A stretch of DNA of 27,621 bases, taken from a virus. Its lineage: Duplodnaviria; Caudoviricetes. The stretch is from the IMG/VR virus record IMGVR_UViG_3300042402_005048, positions 1 to 27,621 of that record, one strand, 5' to 3'. The position numbers were made by a program, and so were the translations under genes. Below are positions 1 to 8,670 of this stretch, piece after piece. Below the pieces are notes generated by a model, which was given only the letters and a program-made list of their open reading frames with translations, did no database searches and had not been told where the DNA came from. Within the stretch, counting starts at the first letter, position 1. Every line of letters begins with the position of its first letter.

Positions 1-250
1 CTCTAACAATTGCTAAACCAGTATTAAAAACACCCGTAGGATCACCTTCTCTAAACTTAAGATCGTCAGGAAATCCACCTTCATATCCTAATCTTATATA
101 AGGAGAATTTGAATTTAATTTTTTATTTGTGCCTGGATAAACAGGAATTGAGGTTTGATTAAAAGGAGACACATTGGTACCACCAAAATAAGTGTACTCA
201 ACTTGACCCGTTTGTTGGGCCCGTTCAAATATCTCCTTTAAACTAGCCAT
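1..250 (-). CDS. Partial CDS (runs off the left edge), probable tail/baseplate protein downstream of the tape measure module
   Basis: Not in the ORF track. ATG at 248-250 overlaps the stop of the upstream gene (TAATG). Frame is open to position 1: MASLKEIFERAQQTGQVEYTYFGG...GVFNTGLAIVR. Function inferred from position only. Confidence 0.7.
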   Translation of the reverse strand, partial: MASLKEIFERAQQTGQVEYTYFGGTNVSPFNQTSIPVYPGTNKKLNSNSPYIRLGYEGGFPDDLKFREGDPTGVFNTGLAIVR

Positions 251-585
251 TAATATCTTCCTTCAATAGGACCTTTACCTCCAGCATAATTTCTTGAGTA
301 TGGGCCCCAAGGAGCTATACGACCCTCATATCCAGGTTGAAAACTTACTGGAGGGTTAGAAGCAGGTTTGAAGTATGGATACAATGGAATTTGAGTAGAT
401 AAACGACCAGTAAGTAAGTCTTGTGAAGCCAACAAAGTATTTGTTGGAGGTACTCCTACAAATGCTTGTATTCTTGATGTCATCATTTGACCTTCATTTT
501 CAAATTCGGGTCCTTTGTTACCGGCTAATCCCAAACCACTAGTAGTATTTGGGTTTAATAATCTGTCTTTTAATGCTGTTGCCAT
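250..585 (-). CDS. Hypothetical protein, tail module (111 aa)
   Basis: Follows the tape measure gene, has its own ATATTTAT motif (600-607) and is coupled by TAATG to the next gene. Confidence 0.7.
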   Translation of the reverse strand: MATALKDRLLNPNTTSGLGLAGNKGPEFENEGQMMTSRIQAFVGVPPTNTLLASQDLLTGRLSTQIPLYPYFKPASNPPVSFQPGYEGRIAPWGPYSRNYAGGKGPIEGRY

Positions 586-598
586 AGTTTTATTTTGG

Positions 599-607
599 TA
601 TAAATAT
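599..607 (-). promoter_or_regulatory. ATATTTATW motif, putative late promoter
   Basis: Intergenic copy about 14 nt upstream of the ATG at 585. The same motif precedes 11 gene starts in the window. Confidence 0.65.
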
Positions 608-610
608 TAA

Positions 611-2926
611 TTAACCCATTCTTGTGTTAATTACCAGTTGTCCTTGAGTATTGAGGTGAGACATTTTTTGTCCTCCAATATCTACTTTATTTTCATTTCT
701 AAGAGTTATATTAATATCTCTGTTTCCTTCAGCACCTGAGTTAGGAACCTTAACCCCTCCTCCACCACCTCCACTAGCTCCACTAACACTAGCTTCACCA
801 TCAGATAAAGAATTAATAATACCATATCCAACAGCAGCAGCAGCTGCTGCTATAGCAACCCCAGCTCCTAAAGTTAATGCAGCATTAGCAAAAGTAGCTT
901 CAGCAGCCCAAATAGCGGTTTTAGCAATTAATTTAGAGAAAGGAGCTCCTAATGCAAATAACCCATTTAGCATTTTTACTGTTATAATAGTTGCTATACC
1001 AGTGAATAGAAATTTAAGAGTTCCAGCTTGACCTACTAATATTGCTATTTTATCTATGAATTTTCCAAGAGGTCCATTTACAAAATTAGCTACGGTTTCT
1101 TGTAGTTTTTCAATAGCCATTTGGAACTTTTCTTGGTTGCTTATTTGAGAGGCTTGTTTAGCTAATTCTTCTCCATTTGCTGCTTGAGCTAATTGAGCAT
1201 TCAATTTAGTGTAGTCTCCAGTTCTAGCTGCTTCTCTCGCTACTTCTTCAAAAGCAGCTTGTGTTTCAAATGCTGTTCCTTTTAAAAGTTCTTGTTGTTT
1301 TAAAGAAGTTGCTAATTCATCTGTGGTTAAACCAATAGCGGCTGCTAAACTCTTTTGTTGAAGAACGTTGAGTTGTTGGTATTCTCCAATTCCTCCAACA
1401 TTATCCATTAATTCTTTTGCAGCTTTAGCACTATCACCCATTAAAGCAAAGTATCTAGCTTGTTCTAAATTAAGAGCTTTACCGGTTAATAATTCAGCTT
1501 CTAATTCTCTACCTAAACTTCCTGCAAAATCATCAACTAAACTACTGCCCATTTTAGCAGTTTGTTCTAAAGTTAAGCCTAAAAGTTGAGCTTGAGTAAC
1601 GGCTTCAGCTAAAAGTGCAGGATTATTTTTATATTGAGCAGCTAACTGACCTCCTACTTTAGCTACATCTGTTAAAACTTTTCTATAGTCTAATGTTATT
1701 CCGGTTGCTTTTCTAGTATTTACTACTTGATCACCAATAGCTACTGCAGTTTGGTGAGCAGTCATGTTATTTAACTTGCCTAGACCATAAATTTTAGCAC
1801 CTTCTTCACCTTGAAGACCCATGCCTTTTACAAGTTCTATTTGATCAATTCGACTTTGTTTTGTAAATAAGGCTCCAGTTCCTAAACTTTTATTTAATTC
1901 GTTGTTAGCTTCTATTTGGTTTTTAAGACTAGCTTGAACACTAGAAACATTTTTATTTATTTGTGATGCTTCGTAACTGGTTTCTTGAAAACTATCTGCT
2001 AAAGTTCTAGCTCCTTCTTTACTTACTTGTACAGACTTGCCAAATTCTGTTAAAGTTTTATCTAATGCTAAAACATTTTTTAATATAGCACTAAAACTAA
2101 TTCCAATTGCATCAAGTTGAGTGTTAATAAATTTAAGACCCGATGCTATTCCAGGAAATTCTTTAATTTTATTAATATAGAATAATATAGAGGATACCCT
2201 TTTTTGGAAAACAGTAAGTTGTTTCTCTAAAACATCTAATTCGTCTTGGTGATTTCTAACAATATTACGAGAAACGTCCATTTGTTTTTGAGATAAAGCA
2301 AATATTTGTAATTGTGCTTTTTCTTCATCTGATAATTGATCGAAATATGCTCCTTTACCAGTATTAATCTGGTCAACAATTTCTAATTGTTCTTTAAGTG
2401 TTTTTACTACTAGTCCAGCCTTTATGTATTCTTCTCTAGTTTCTTCTAAATTTCCACCTGTTCTTTTAGCGTCTTCAAAAGCTAATCTTTTTTCAGTTAA
2501 CTCATTTATTTTTTCATCTATTTTATATCTAGCAGTTAAACCATCTACATATTGTTGAGCTAATTTTTGTGCATCTTTTCCTAAATTTGCTTCAATGTCA
2601 GATGATTTTTGTTTATTTTCGGCAAATTCTTTTCCAGCTTTTTTAATTTTTTCATTTAATTCAGCATATCTTGTAGAATATTCAGTAGTTTTCTTTAAAG
2701 CTTCTAACTGGTCTTTAATGGCCTCAGATAAAGCTTGAGCTTCATCTTTTGCATCTTTTATAATTAAAGAAAACTGTTTTAAAGCATCATTATTTTTAAC
2801 ATAAATTAGATTTAAGTTTTTTGCAATATTTTTTTGATCGTCTAATTCTTTAGTAAGTTGTTGGGAATAACCTAACTGCTGTCTAGATTTATCTACACTG
2901 TCGTTTTGTAATTGATCAATTGCCAT
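611..2926 (-). CDS. Tail tape measure protein (771 aa)
   Basis: Long helical/coiled-coil Ala/Leu/Gln/Lys-rich protein with ELEAELLTGKALNLEQAR segment and a hydrophobic Ala/Gly-rich C-terminal region. Canonical position after sheath, tube and chaperone. Confidence 0.88.
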   Translation of the reverse strand: MAIDQLQNDSVDKSRQQLGYSQQLTKELDDQKNIAKNLNLIYVKNNDALKQFSLIIKDAKDEAQALSEAIKDQLEALKKTTEYSTRYAELNEKIKKAGKEFAENKQKSSDIEANLGKDAQKLAQQYVDGLTARYKIDEKINELTEKRLAFEDAKRTGGNLEETREEYIKAGLVVKTLKEQLEIVDQINTGKGAYFDQLSDEEKAQLQIFALSQKQMDVSRNIVRNHQDELDVLEKQLTVFQKRVSSILFYINKIKEFPGIASGLKFINTQLDAIGISFSAILKNVLALDKTLTEFGKSVQVSKEGARTLADSFQETSYEASQINKNVSSVQASLKNQIEANNELNKSLGTGALFTKQSRIDQIELVKGMGLQGEEGAKIYGLGKLNNMTAHQTAVAIGDQVVNTRKATGITLDYRKVLTDVAKVGGQLAAQYKNNPALLAEAVTQAQLLGLTLEQTAKMGSSLVDDFAGSLGRELEAELLTGKALNLEQARYFALMGDSAKAAKELMDNVGGIGEYQQLNVLQQKSLAAAIGLTTDELATSLKQQELLKGTAFETQAAFEEVAREAARTGDYTKLNAQLAQAANGEELAKQASQISNQEKFQMAIEKLQETVANFVNGPLGKFIDKIAILVGQAGTLKFLFTGIATIITVKMLNGLFALGAPFSKLIAKTAIWAAEATFANAALTLGAGVAIAAAAAAVGYGIINSLSDGEASVSGASGGGGGGVKVPNSGAEGNRDINITLRNENKVDIGGQKMSHLNTQGQLVINTRMG

Positions 2927-2929
2927 GTT

Positions 2930-2938
2930 AATAAATAT
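2930..2938 (-). promoter_or_regulatory. ATATTTATW motif, putative late promoter
   Basis: Coding strand reads ATATTTATTAAC-ATG, so the core ends 4 nt before the tape measure start. Confidence 0.65.
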
Positions 2939-2943
2939 TTACG

Positions 2944-3177
2944 TTATGATTTTTTTACCTTACTTACGAAATCAGGAACATTTGTAGATTTAGCATATGA
3001 TTTAGCATCCATAGTATTGGATCCTTTCATAGCTTTTTCTTCAGCTTCAGCCTTTTTCTGTAAAAATTCGTTGATTTTTTTAATGTGATAACGACGAGTC
3101 ATAACTGGCATTTGCCAAACTTCACTGTATATAAATCCACCGCCTCCATGATAAGTTAAATCATGAATTTCAGTCAT
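2944..3177 (-). CDS. Tail assembly chaperone C-terminal partner (lambda gpT-like position), probably reached by a +1 frameshift
   Basis: Small ORF between chaperone and tape measure with a VWQMPVMTRR motif. Its frame is open upstream to 3216 (TFFGLTPTYRSTF-M), overlapping the end of the chaperone gene. Confidence 0.7.
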   Translation of the reverse strand: MTEIHDLTYHGGGGFIYSEVWQMPVMTRRYHIKKINEFLQKKAEAEEKAMKGSNTMDAKSYAKSTNVPDFVSKVKKS

Positions 3178-3187
3178 AAAAGTAGAC

Positions 3188-3946
3188 CTATAAGTTGGCG
3201 TCAGGCCAAAGAAAGTTTAGATTCATAGGTACAGAGACACCCTCCACAATGTCTCCTTTACTGTCTTCATAGTTAAAAACCATGTCTAAGTCAGGTGTAA
3301 TTTCGTTTACATGTTTGCGAAAAGCGCGTGAATCTTGTAACAACATATTATCCACGAATAAACGAATTTTTTCCGCGTTAGAATCACCGTTTATCGCGAT
3401 AATTTGGTATTTTAAGCGTGTAGTTATGTCAAAACTTTCTTGAGGATACAACTTTTTTAAACCTTTAAGTTCTTCTTCAATTTTCATTTCATCACCATGA
3501 GTTAAAAGTTTAAAAGTAACTGTTACTTTACTTTGAGGAAGTGTGAAATTAAATTCATTTTTTCCTTTAATAAATAAAGTTTCATCAATTTTCTTGTCTT
3601 TTAATTCACTTAAATTAATGGTTGTTGAAACTTTCTTTCCGTATTTATCTGTTACTTCTACAGGATATTCGGCTCCATAACCTAAAATACGTGCTGCTAC
3701 TAAAATAGCATTTTTGTCTCCTAAAATCAATTCACTGTAATCAATTTTACTTACAATCATACTTTGTAAGAGTTTATCAACTACAATTCCTTTTTCTAGG
3801 AAGTTTTGGTTAGTTAAAATGTCTTCTTCTTTAGCAGACATGTACTTTAGTTCAATTGTTCCTGAACTTAATGGGCTGGACTCGGGATAGATTAAACCTT
3901 TACTAGGTAAATCAATAACTTCTGTTGGGAAACGAAACTCTGACAT
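3188..3946 (-). CDS. Tail assembly chaperone / T4 gp26-like baseplate hub assembly protein
   Basis: IDLPSKG, IELKYMSAKEEDIL, D..AILVAARILGYG, C-terminal NFLWP. Start moved from the track's 3997 to 3946 (MSEFRF) because the promoter motif at 3966-3973 and the terminator at 3982-4008 lie within the extension. Confidence 0.8.
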   Translation of the reverse strand: MSEFRFPTEVIDLPSKGLIYPESSPLSSGTIELKYMSAKEEDILTNQNFLEKGIVVDKLLQSMIVSKIDYSELILGDKNAILVAARILGYGAEYPVEVTDKYGKKVSTTINLSELKDKKIDETLFIKGKNEFNFTLPQSKVTVTFKLLTHGDEMKIEEELKGLKKLYPQESFDITTRLKYQIIAINGDSNAEKIRLFVDNMLLQDSRAFRKHVNEITPDLDMVFNYEDSKGDIVEGVSVPMNLNFLWPDANL

Positions 3947-3964
3947 AATTATATTATTATTTAT

Positions 3965-3973
3965 AATAAATAT
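3965..3973 (-). promoter_or_regulatory. ATATTTATW motif, putative late promoter
   Basis: Lies just downstream of the tube-gene terminator, 19 nt upstream of the ATG at 3946. Confidence 0.65.
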
Positions 3974-3981
3974 ATACAAAC

Positions 3982-4008
3982 AAAAAAAGTCTGGCAAAAA
4001 CCAGACTT
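3982..4008 (-). terminator. Rho-independent terminator after the tail tube gene
   Basis: Minus strand AAGTCTGG-TTTTTG-CCAGACTT (8 bp stem, 6 nt loop) followed by a T tract. Confidence 0.8.
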
Positions 4009-4033
4009 CCTTTGTACCTTTTGAGTATATATT

Positions 4034-4522
4034 TTAGTAATTCAGGATGCAATAATCCATAGCGACTGTCAATTGAATGTCTTTTAACGATTCACCTTGA
4101 CTCCAATCACCATCACCAAAATTGGCTTGTTTAATAAATGCACCTTTAATGATCCATTCACCTACAACATCACCTACAGGACCTAATTCACTTAATGTGA
4201 TGTCTTTCTTGTAGAAATCTGAGTAGCCATCACGACCTGTTACTGATTCGTGTGATAGACGAATCCATTCCATTACTACCTGTTCACCTGAAGGTGTTAC
4301 AGGATCATAAAGATTCATTGTCATGTCTTGCCACTCAGCTTTTCCCTTAACTTTACGATATACGTTAATATGATCAACTTTAATTGAATTTAAGTTAATA
4401 TCAGGGAATTTTACTTTATGAACTAAGTAAGCAGGAACACCTTGAATAGTCATTAAAAAGCGGTTTTGAACTTTTGGTTCAAAAGCTGTAAACATTATTT
4501 CGTTAGGGTTTAATACTGGCAT
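4034..4522 (-). CDS. Tail tube protein (T4 gp19-like, 162 aa)
   Basis: FEPKVQNRF, GKAEWQDMTMNLYD, DFYKKDITL..LGPVGDVVGEWIIKGAF, LTVAMDY; immediately downstream of the sheath gene. Confidence 0.92.
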   Translation of the reverse strand: MPVLNPNEIMFTAFEPKVQNRFLMTIQGVPAYLVHKVKFPDINLNSIKVDHINVYRKVKGKAEWQDMTMNLYDPVTPSGEQVVMEWIRLSHESVTGRDGYSDFYKKDITLSELGPVGDVVGEWIIKGAFIKQANFGDGDWSQGESLKDIQLTVAMDYCILNY

Positions 4523-4543
4523 TGTCTTATGTTTTTATCTTGT

Positions 4544-4552
4544 TATAAATAT
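4544..4552 (-). promoter_or_regulatory. ATATTTATW motif, putative late promoter
   Basis: Between the sheath stop and the tube start. Confidence 0.65.
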
Positions 4553-4553
4553 G

Positions 4554-6749
4554 TTAAGCTCCAAAAGTCACACCAGTTGGGGTAATGTTAAAGGTAATGT
4601 AGATAAATTCAACTGTTTTAGCAGGTTGAATGTAAATAGCTCCTACCAATTGGTTTCTGTCAATTACGTCAGGAGTGTTGTTACTGTCATCCATTACTAC
4701 CTTATATGCATAAAGACCTTGTCTTTGTTGCACTGATTCCATGTATGGGTTAACTTGTGAAACGAAGTTATTTCTTGTAGTTAAAGTGTTTTGTTCGAAC
4801 AACAAGCTTTCAGCAACTGCTCTAACATATCTCTTTAAGTTAATCAACAAACGACGAACGTTAATACGATCAAGAGCTGAAGCTTTAGTCTGTAATGTTT
4901 TCTGACCATAAGCTACTAAACCAACACCAGGGAAACTAGCAATTGGGTTAACTTTGTTTTGATATAAAGTATCGCGATCGTTTGTGCCTAATTTTCTTTC
5001 AGCTTGTAAAGCACCACCAACACCACCTCTGTTTAAACCAGCAGGAGCGAACCATTCAGCACTTACTCGGTCGTTAAATGCATAAACACCAGGCATTACT
5101 GTTGAAGCTGGAACCCATACTAACTTACCTGTAGCAGCACTTAATACTTGAACCCAAGGCCAGTAAGCAGCAGCATAGTTTGTATTTAATTGGTTAGCTA
5201 AAATACCAGGAGTACTAATTGTAGCTCCATATCCTGTTAAATCAGTAATATAGAAACAATCACCTCTTTCTTCAGCCATAGTAATGTATTGAGATACTAC
5301 GGTTGAATGATATTGTTGTGTAATACCAGGAGCTGAAATTAAAGAGAAGTTGTATTCATCTGGATTAGCTAAAATATCATCAACTATAGTATAGTCAGAT
5401 GCTACTAATCCTTGAGTAACTGTGCTAATGTTTTGATACAAGTTAGTTGTATAATCTAAATCATTTCCTGTAGCTCCACCAAAACTACCTGATCCTACTG
5501 TTGGGATTGAATTGTAGTATTGAGTTTTTGCAACACCATTGTTGTTGAAATAGTTATAAGTTGGTGTTAATACTTCTTTTACTCGTACATAGCGAGAAGC
5601 ATTAGCATATGATCCACTATTTTGAATGTAATATTGGCCTGTTGAGCTATCATAAGCTACGGTTTGGCTATAGTTACCTACTACTGCTTCAATGTAATTA
5701 GCTTGGTTAGGATCTAAACTTACGTTAGTGAAACTTTCTAATACGTTAGGATTTGTTGTTGTATCATTACCTTGACGAATCAATAATGTAAATGTACCAC
5801 TAGCTGTATCAGGACTAACAATCTGCCATCTTACGTTATCTGCACTACCACTTATTAAGGAACCGTTTGTTTGAGATCCTTGGTTGTTGTTCATGATAAT
5901 TCCTTCAGAAATAGTTTCTAAAGTAAATGCATATCCTGGATTTCCATTAGCACCGTTTGCTAAAGTTCCTAATAAGCCTGTACCACTATCTACATAGCCG
6001 ATAAGAGCATAATTAGCATCATAATAAGGAACAGGATCATCTAATGTAACATAAGCTCCGTTATAAGCAGCTCCTTGAAGCGAAGCAGTTAATGCAATAG
6101 TGTTATTACCAGAATTATAGTTAACTGTAAATAAACCAGCACCGCTCGAACCTAAAACAGTATTCATTTTAGTTTGAAGACTTTGGTTCAATGTAGCTCT
6201 ACTGTCAGATCCACTGTTCCAAGTGTAGAAGTAAACTAACCCGTCAGTATCATCTTGAGGAACTATTCCACTTCCTGAAGTGTTTACAGCTATGAATTTA
6301 TACCAAGAATTTCCAAACACAAAGTTTGTTTGGAAGTTTGGAGTTACTTCACTTGAAGGAACAGCTGTTAAGTCTTGATAAAAGTTTAACGTAAAGCTGC
6401 TACTAGCGTAAGCTCCATTTGTTGCTGGAACTTGGTTACCAATACTAGAAGTAGCAGAAGAGTATGAACCAGAGGTAACTCTAGTTACTAATACACTTTC
6501 ACCACCTTGTTGGAAGTAGTTGTAAGCAGCTATAGAAGTTAAAAATTCATAGTTAGCTGATGCGCTTTCAAATAAATCTCCAAATTTACTTTGGAAATCG
6601 CTGTAAGTTGTTACAAGAGTTGGAATATTAACACGACCTTTAACAGTAGGGCCTATTAAAGCTAATCCTGCTGTAATAGGGCCTGAAGTTATTTGAGAGG
6701 TGTCGTTTTCTCTCAATGATACACCCGGAGATAATAGTACTTCTGCCAT
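4554..6749 (-). CDS. Contractile tail sheath protein (T4 gp18-like, 731 aa)
   Basis: N-terminal SPGVSLREND. C-terminal YAAAYWPW, WFAPAGLNRG, LYQNKVNPI, GQKTLQ, LDRINVRRLL, NNTPDVIDRNQL..IYIQPAKTVEFI. Confidence 0.96.
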   Translation of the reverse strand: MAEVLLSPGVSLRENDTSQITSGPITAGLALIGPTVKGRVNIPTLVTTYSDFQSKFGDLFESASANYEFLTSIAAYNYFQQGGESVLVTRVTSGSYSSATSSIGNQVPATNGAYASSSFTLNFYQDLTAVPSSEVTPNFQTNFVFGNSWYKFIAVNTSGSGIVPQDDTDGLVYFYTWNSGSDSRATLNQSLQTKMNTVLGSSGAGLFTVNYNSGNNTIALTASLQGAAYNGAYVTLDDPVPYYDANYALIGYVDSGTGLLGTLANGANGNPGYAFTLETISEGIIMNNNQGSQTNGSLISGSADNVRWQIVSPDTASGTFTLLIRQGNDTTTNPNVLESFTNVSLDPNQANYIEAVVGNYSQTVAYDSSTGQYYIQNSGSYANASRYVRVKEVLTPTYNYFNNNGVAKTQYYNSIPTVGSGSFGGATGNDLDYTTNLYQNISTVTQGLVASDYTIVDDILANPDEYNFSLISAPGITQQYHSTVVSQYITMAEERGDCFYITDLTGYGATISTPGILANQLNTNYAAAYWPWVQVLSAATGKLVWVPASTVMPGVYAFNDRVSAEWFAPAGLNRGGVGGALQAERKLGTNDRDTLYQNKVNPIASFPGVGLVAYGQKTLQTKASALDRINVRRLLINLKRYVRAVAESLLFEQNTLTTRNNFVSQVNPYMESVQQRQGLYAYKVVMDDSNNTPDVIDRNQLVGAIYIQPAKTVEFIYITFNITPTGVTFGA

Positions 6750-6769
6750 TTTATTAGATTGTTTCTAGT

Positions 6770-6778
6770 AATAAATAT
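6770..6778 (-). promoter_or_regulatory. ATATTTATW motif, putative late promoter
   Basis: 21 nt upstream of the sheath ATG. Confidence 0.65.
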
Positions 6779-6798
6779 GGGAAAGAATCTATAAAATG

Positions 6799-7062
6799 CT
6801 ATTCAGCTACATTAGGGGAAGCAGTGAATTCACCTTTTTCAAGATTGATAGTTCCTACACCATACTTTTCGTTTAATTCTTTACCAATAGTTTGTTCTTC
6901 AGTTTTCAATTCGCTAAGAAAAGTAAGAACTTCTTCTTTACGAGACTCTAAATTGATTTTAGTAAGTTCAATGTTTCCTAATTCATTAATTACAGCATTA
7001 TACTTTTGCTGAACTGCTTGAAGTTGTTCAACTTCTTCAATTGTTAATTTTGTTGTTTCCAT
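6799..7062 (-). CDS. Small coiled-coil phage protein (87 aa)
   Basis: Heptad-rich helix ending LNEKYGVGTINLEKGEF, with its own ATATTTAT motif. Confidence 0.75.
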   Translation of the reverse strand: METTKLTIEEVEQLQAVQQKYNAVINELGNIELTKINLESRKEEVLTFLSELKTEEQTIGKELNEKYGVGTINLEKGEFTASPNVAE

Positions 7063-7075
7063 AAATTTTATTTTA

Positions 7076-7084
7076 TATAAATAT
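7076..7084 (-). promoter_or_regulatory. ATATTTATW motif, putative late promoter
   Basis: 14 nt upstream of the ATG at 7062. Confidence 0.65.
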
Positions 7085-7105
7085 ATTAATTTTGTAATAA
7101 AGTTA

Positions 7106-7654
7106 CTAGCCTTTTATCGTTTCTATGTTTTTCTTAGTATCTGCAATGTATGCCGGAGTCATTTTATATTTAGTTAATAACTCATTAAACATCTTACGGG
7201 CATCATCTCTTCCCCCAACGTACCAGATTGTAACTGCTTTTTGAAAAATAGTAACATAATCTCCTTCGTATCCAATATTGGTTATGGTTGGTTTTTTATT
7301 TTTAAGAAACGCTTCTGCAAGACAAATTGCATTGTGAGCTTCATGCCACTCACCTCCTTGCTCATAAAGTTGACTTAAAACCCAATATGCTTCAGGTCGG
7401 TTTGGTCGAGTATTAATAGCGTGATACAGTAGGCTTTTAGCTGAAAATAATCTTCCACCTTGTTTTTTAAAACCTAACCCTGCTCTTATAAGACTTTCAT
7501 ATATCAAATCTTTATTGTTAGATAATTCAGCAGCTCGAAGATAAAAAGACAAAGCAGCGGCTATGTGACCTTCAACATCATAACTGTATGCTACTTCAAA
7601 ATTTATTTTAGGGTTATGGGGGTCAAAAATATAATCGTGTATTTTATTTTTCAT
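7106..7654 (-). CDS. Tetratricopeptide repeat (TPR) protein (182 aa)
   Basis: TPR-like helices: AALSFYLRAAEL, AINTRPNRPEAYWVLSQLYE. Overlaps the upstream gene by 11 nt. Confidence 0.8.
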   Translation of the reverse strand: MKNKIHDYIFDPHNPKINFEVAYSYDVEGHIAAALSFYLRAAELSNNKDLIYESLIRAGLGFKKQGGRLFSAKSLLYHAINTRPNRPEAYWVLSQLYEQGGEWHEAHNAICLAEAFLKNKKPTITNIGYEGDYVTIFQKAVTIWYVGGRDDARKMFNELLTKYKMTPAYIADTKKNIETIKG

Positions 7655-8633
7655 AGTTTAATAATTCCTCCACTAAGTCTTTAGGTACTGTTAAAGCAAA
7701 AGCTGCATTGTCTTGATATCCGTATGTAATAACTAAATCTCCGTTTATTTCAGCTGCACCACACACAAACTCAATCTGAGTGCCCATAAAATTTATTTCA
7801 TCTGAATATTTAACTAAGTTCCAATCTTTATCCCATAAGAGTAATCTATGAGTGTAAATTGAATCTTTATTATTTCCTTCATTGTACCAAAAAGTACATT
7901 CGTGAATAATTCCTAACCTATATTCTCCCCAGTTAATTACGTTTGAACCTCCTCGCATTTCCTGTTCGGTTTTAATAGTTTGAGGAACTAAAGCAACAGT
8001 TTCACTTGATTGTGTTTTTAAATCTACTTTTACTACCTCTGTTGGATTAGTCCATTTAACAAAATGAAAAGGCATATCGTTAATAGGCATCCAGTTTTTT
8101 TCACAGTATGAATTAGGATCGTTTGGGGGTTGGATCCTGTATCTATTTACTTCTTTAACTTTATCTTTTAAGATTTTAATTTCTGAGAGTTCCATTCTAC
8201 CTTCTCCGTTAGGTTTAGTATCTCTTCTAACACCACAAATAAAGTATTTATCATCCCATTTTACAATTCGGGCATCTTCTAAGCCAATAAATTCCCAAAC
8301 TGGAGGAATGTCAAAGTCGCTAGTATCAACGTTAATGTATTGTTGGATGGACAGGTCTTTGTTTAATGTACAGAAGTAATTAATTGTTCTTAAAGTACGG
8401 TCATTTTCTGGGTGTAAGTAAGACAATGGTCCCCAACGTCCTTGAAATTTTTGTTGGAACTCTGAATGGTATAGATTATACCCTACATGACGAAGAATCA
8501 ATAATGTATTTTCTCCATCTACAAAAATAGAAGGATTACACAATCCTGTTCCATTAGTATGTTCGGATGATATAAGTAACGGAGTAATACTACCTCCTCG
8601 TTCTAAAACTAATTTAGCTAGATTATAAATCAT
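7644..8633 (-). CDS. Five-bladed beta-propeller glycoside hydrolase/phosphorylase-like protein (GH130/PH1107-like clan, 329 aa)
   Basis: Motifs CNPSI, GLEDARI, CEKNWMP, RGGS, IEFVCG, ITYGYQD. Confidence 0.7.
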   Translation of the reverse strand: MIYNLAKLVLERGGSITPLLISSEHTNGTGLCNPSIFVDGENTLLILRHVGYNLYHSEFQQKFQGRWGPLSYLHPENDRTLRTINYFCTLNKDLSIQQYINVDTSDFDIPPVWEFIGLEDARIVKWDDKYFICGVRRDTKPNGEGRMELSEIKILKDKVKEVNRYRIQPPNDPNSYCEKNWMPINDMPFHFVKWTNPTEVVKVDLKTQSSETVALVPQTIKTEQEMRGGSNVINWGEYRLGIIHECTFWYNEGNNKDSIYTHRLLLWDKDWNLVKYSDEINFMGTQIEFVCGAAEINGDLVITYGYQDNAAFALTVPKDLVEELLNYEK

Positions 8634-8640
8634 TTATATT

Positions 8641-8669
8641 AATATAATAACTTTTATTTAAAAAGCCAA
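8641..8669 (-). promoter_or_regulatory. Sigma70-like promoter TTGGCT-N17-TATATT
   Basis: -35 at 8669-8664, -10 at 8646-8641, 17 nt spacer, ATG 7 nt downstream of the -10. Confidence 0.55.
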
Positions 8670-8670
8670 G

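Noticed and set aside
3947-3997. N-terminal extension MPDFFCLYIFIINNNII of the chaperone
   Set aside because: Begins at a TTG inside the terminator hairpin and spans the promoter motif; 3946 is the better start.
611-6749. Bacterial contractile injection system (eCIS/tailocin) or eukaryotic giant virus origin
   Set aside because: T4-like sheath/tube, long tape measure, S74 fibre, phage-type promoter motif and absence of host genes fit a tailed phage better, although head genes are outside the window.
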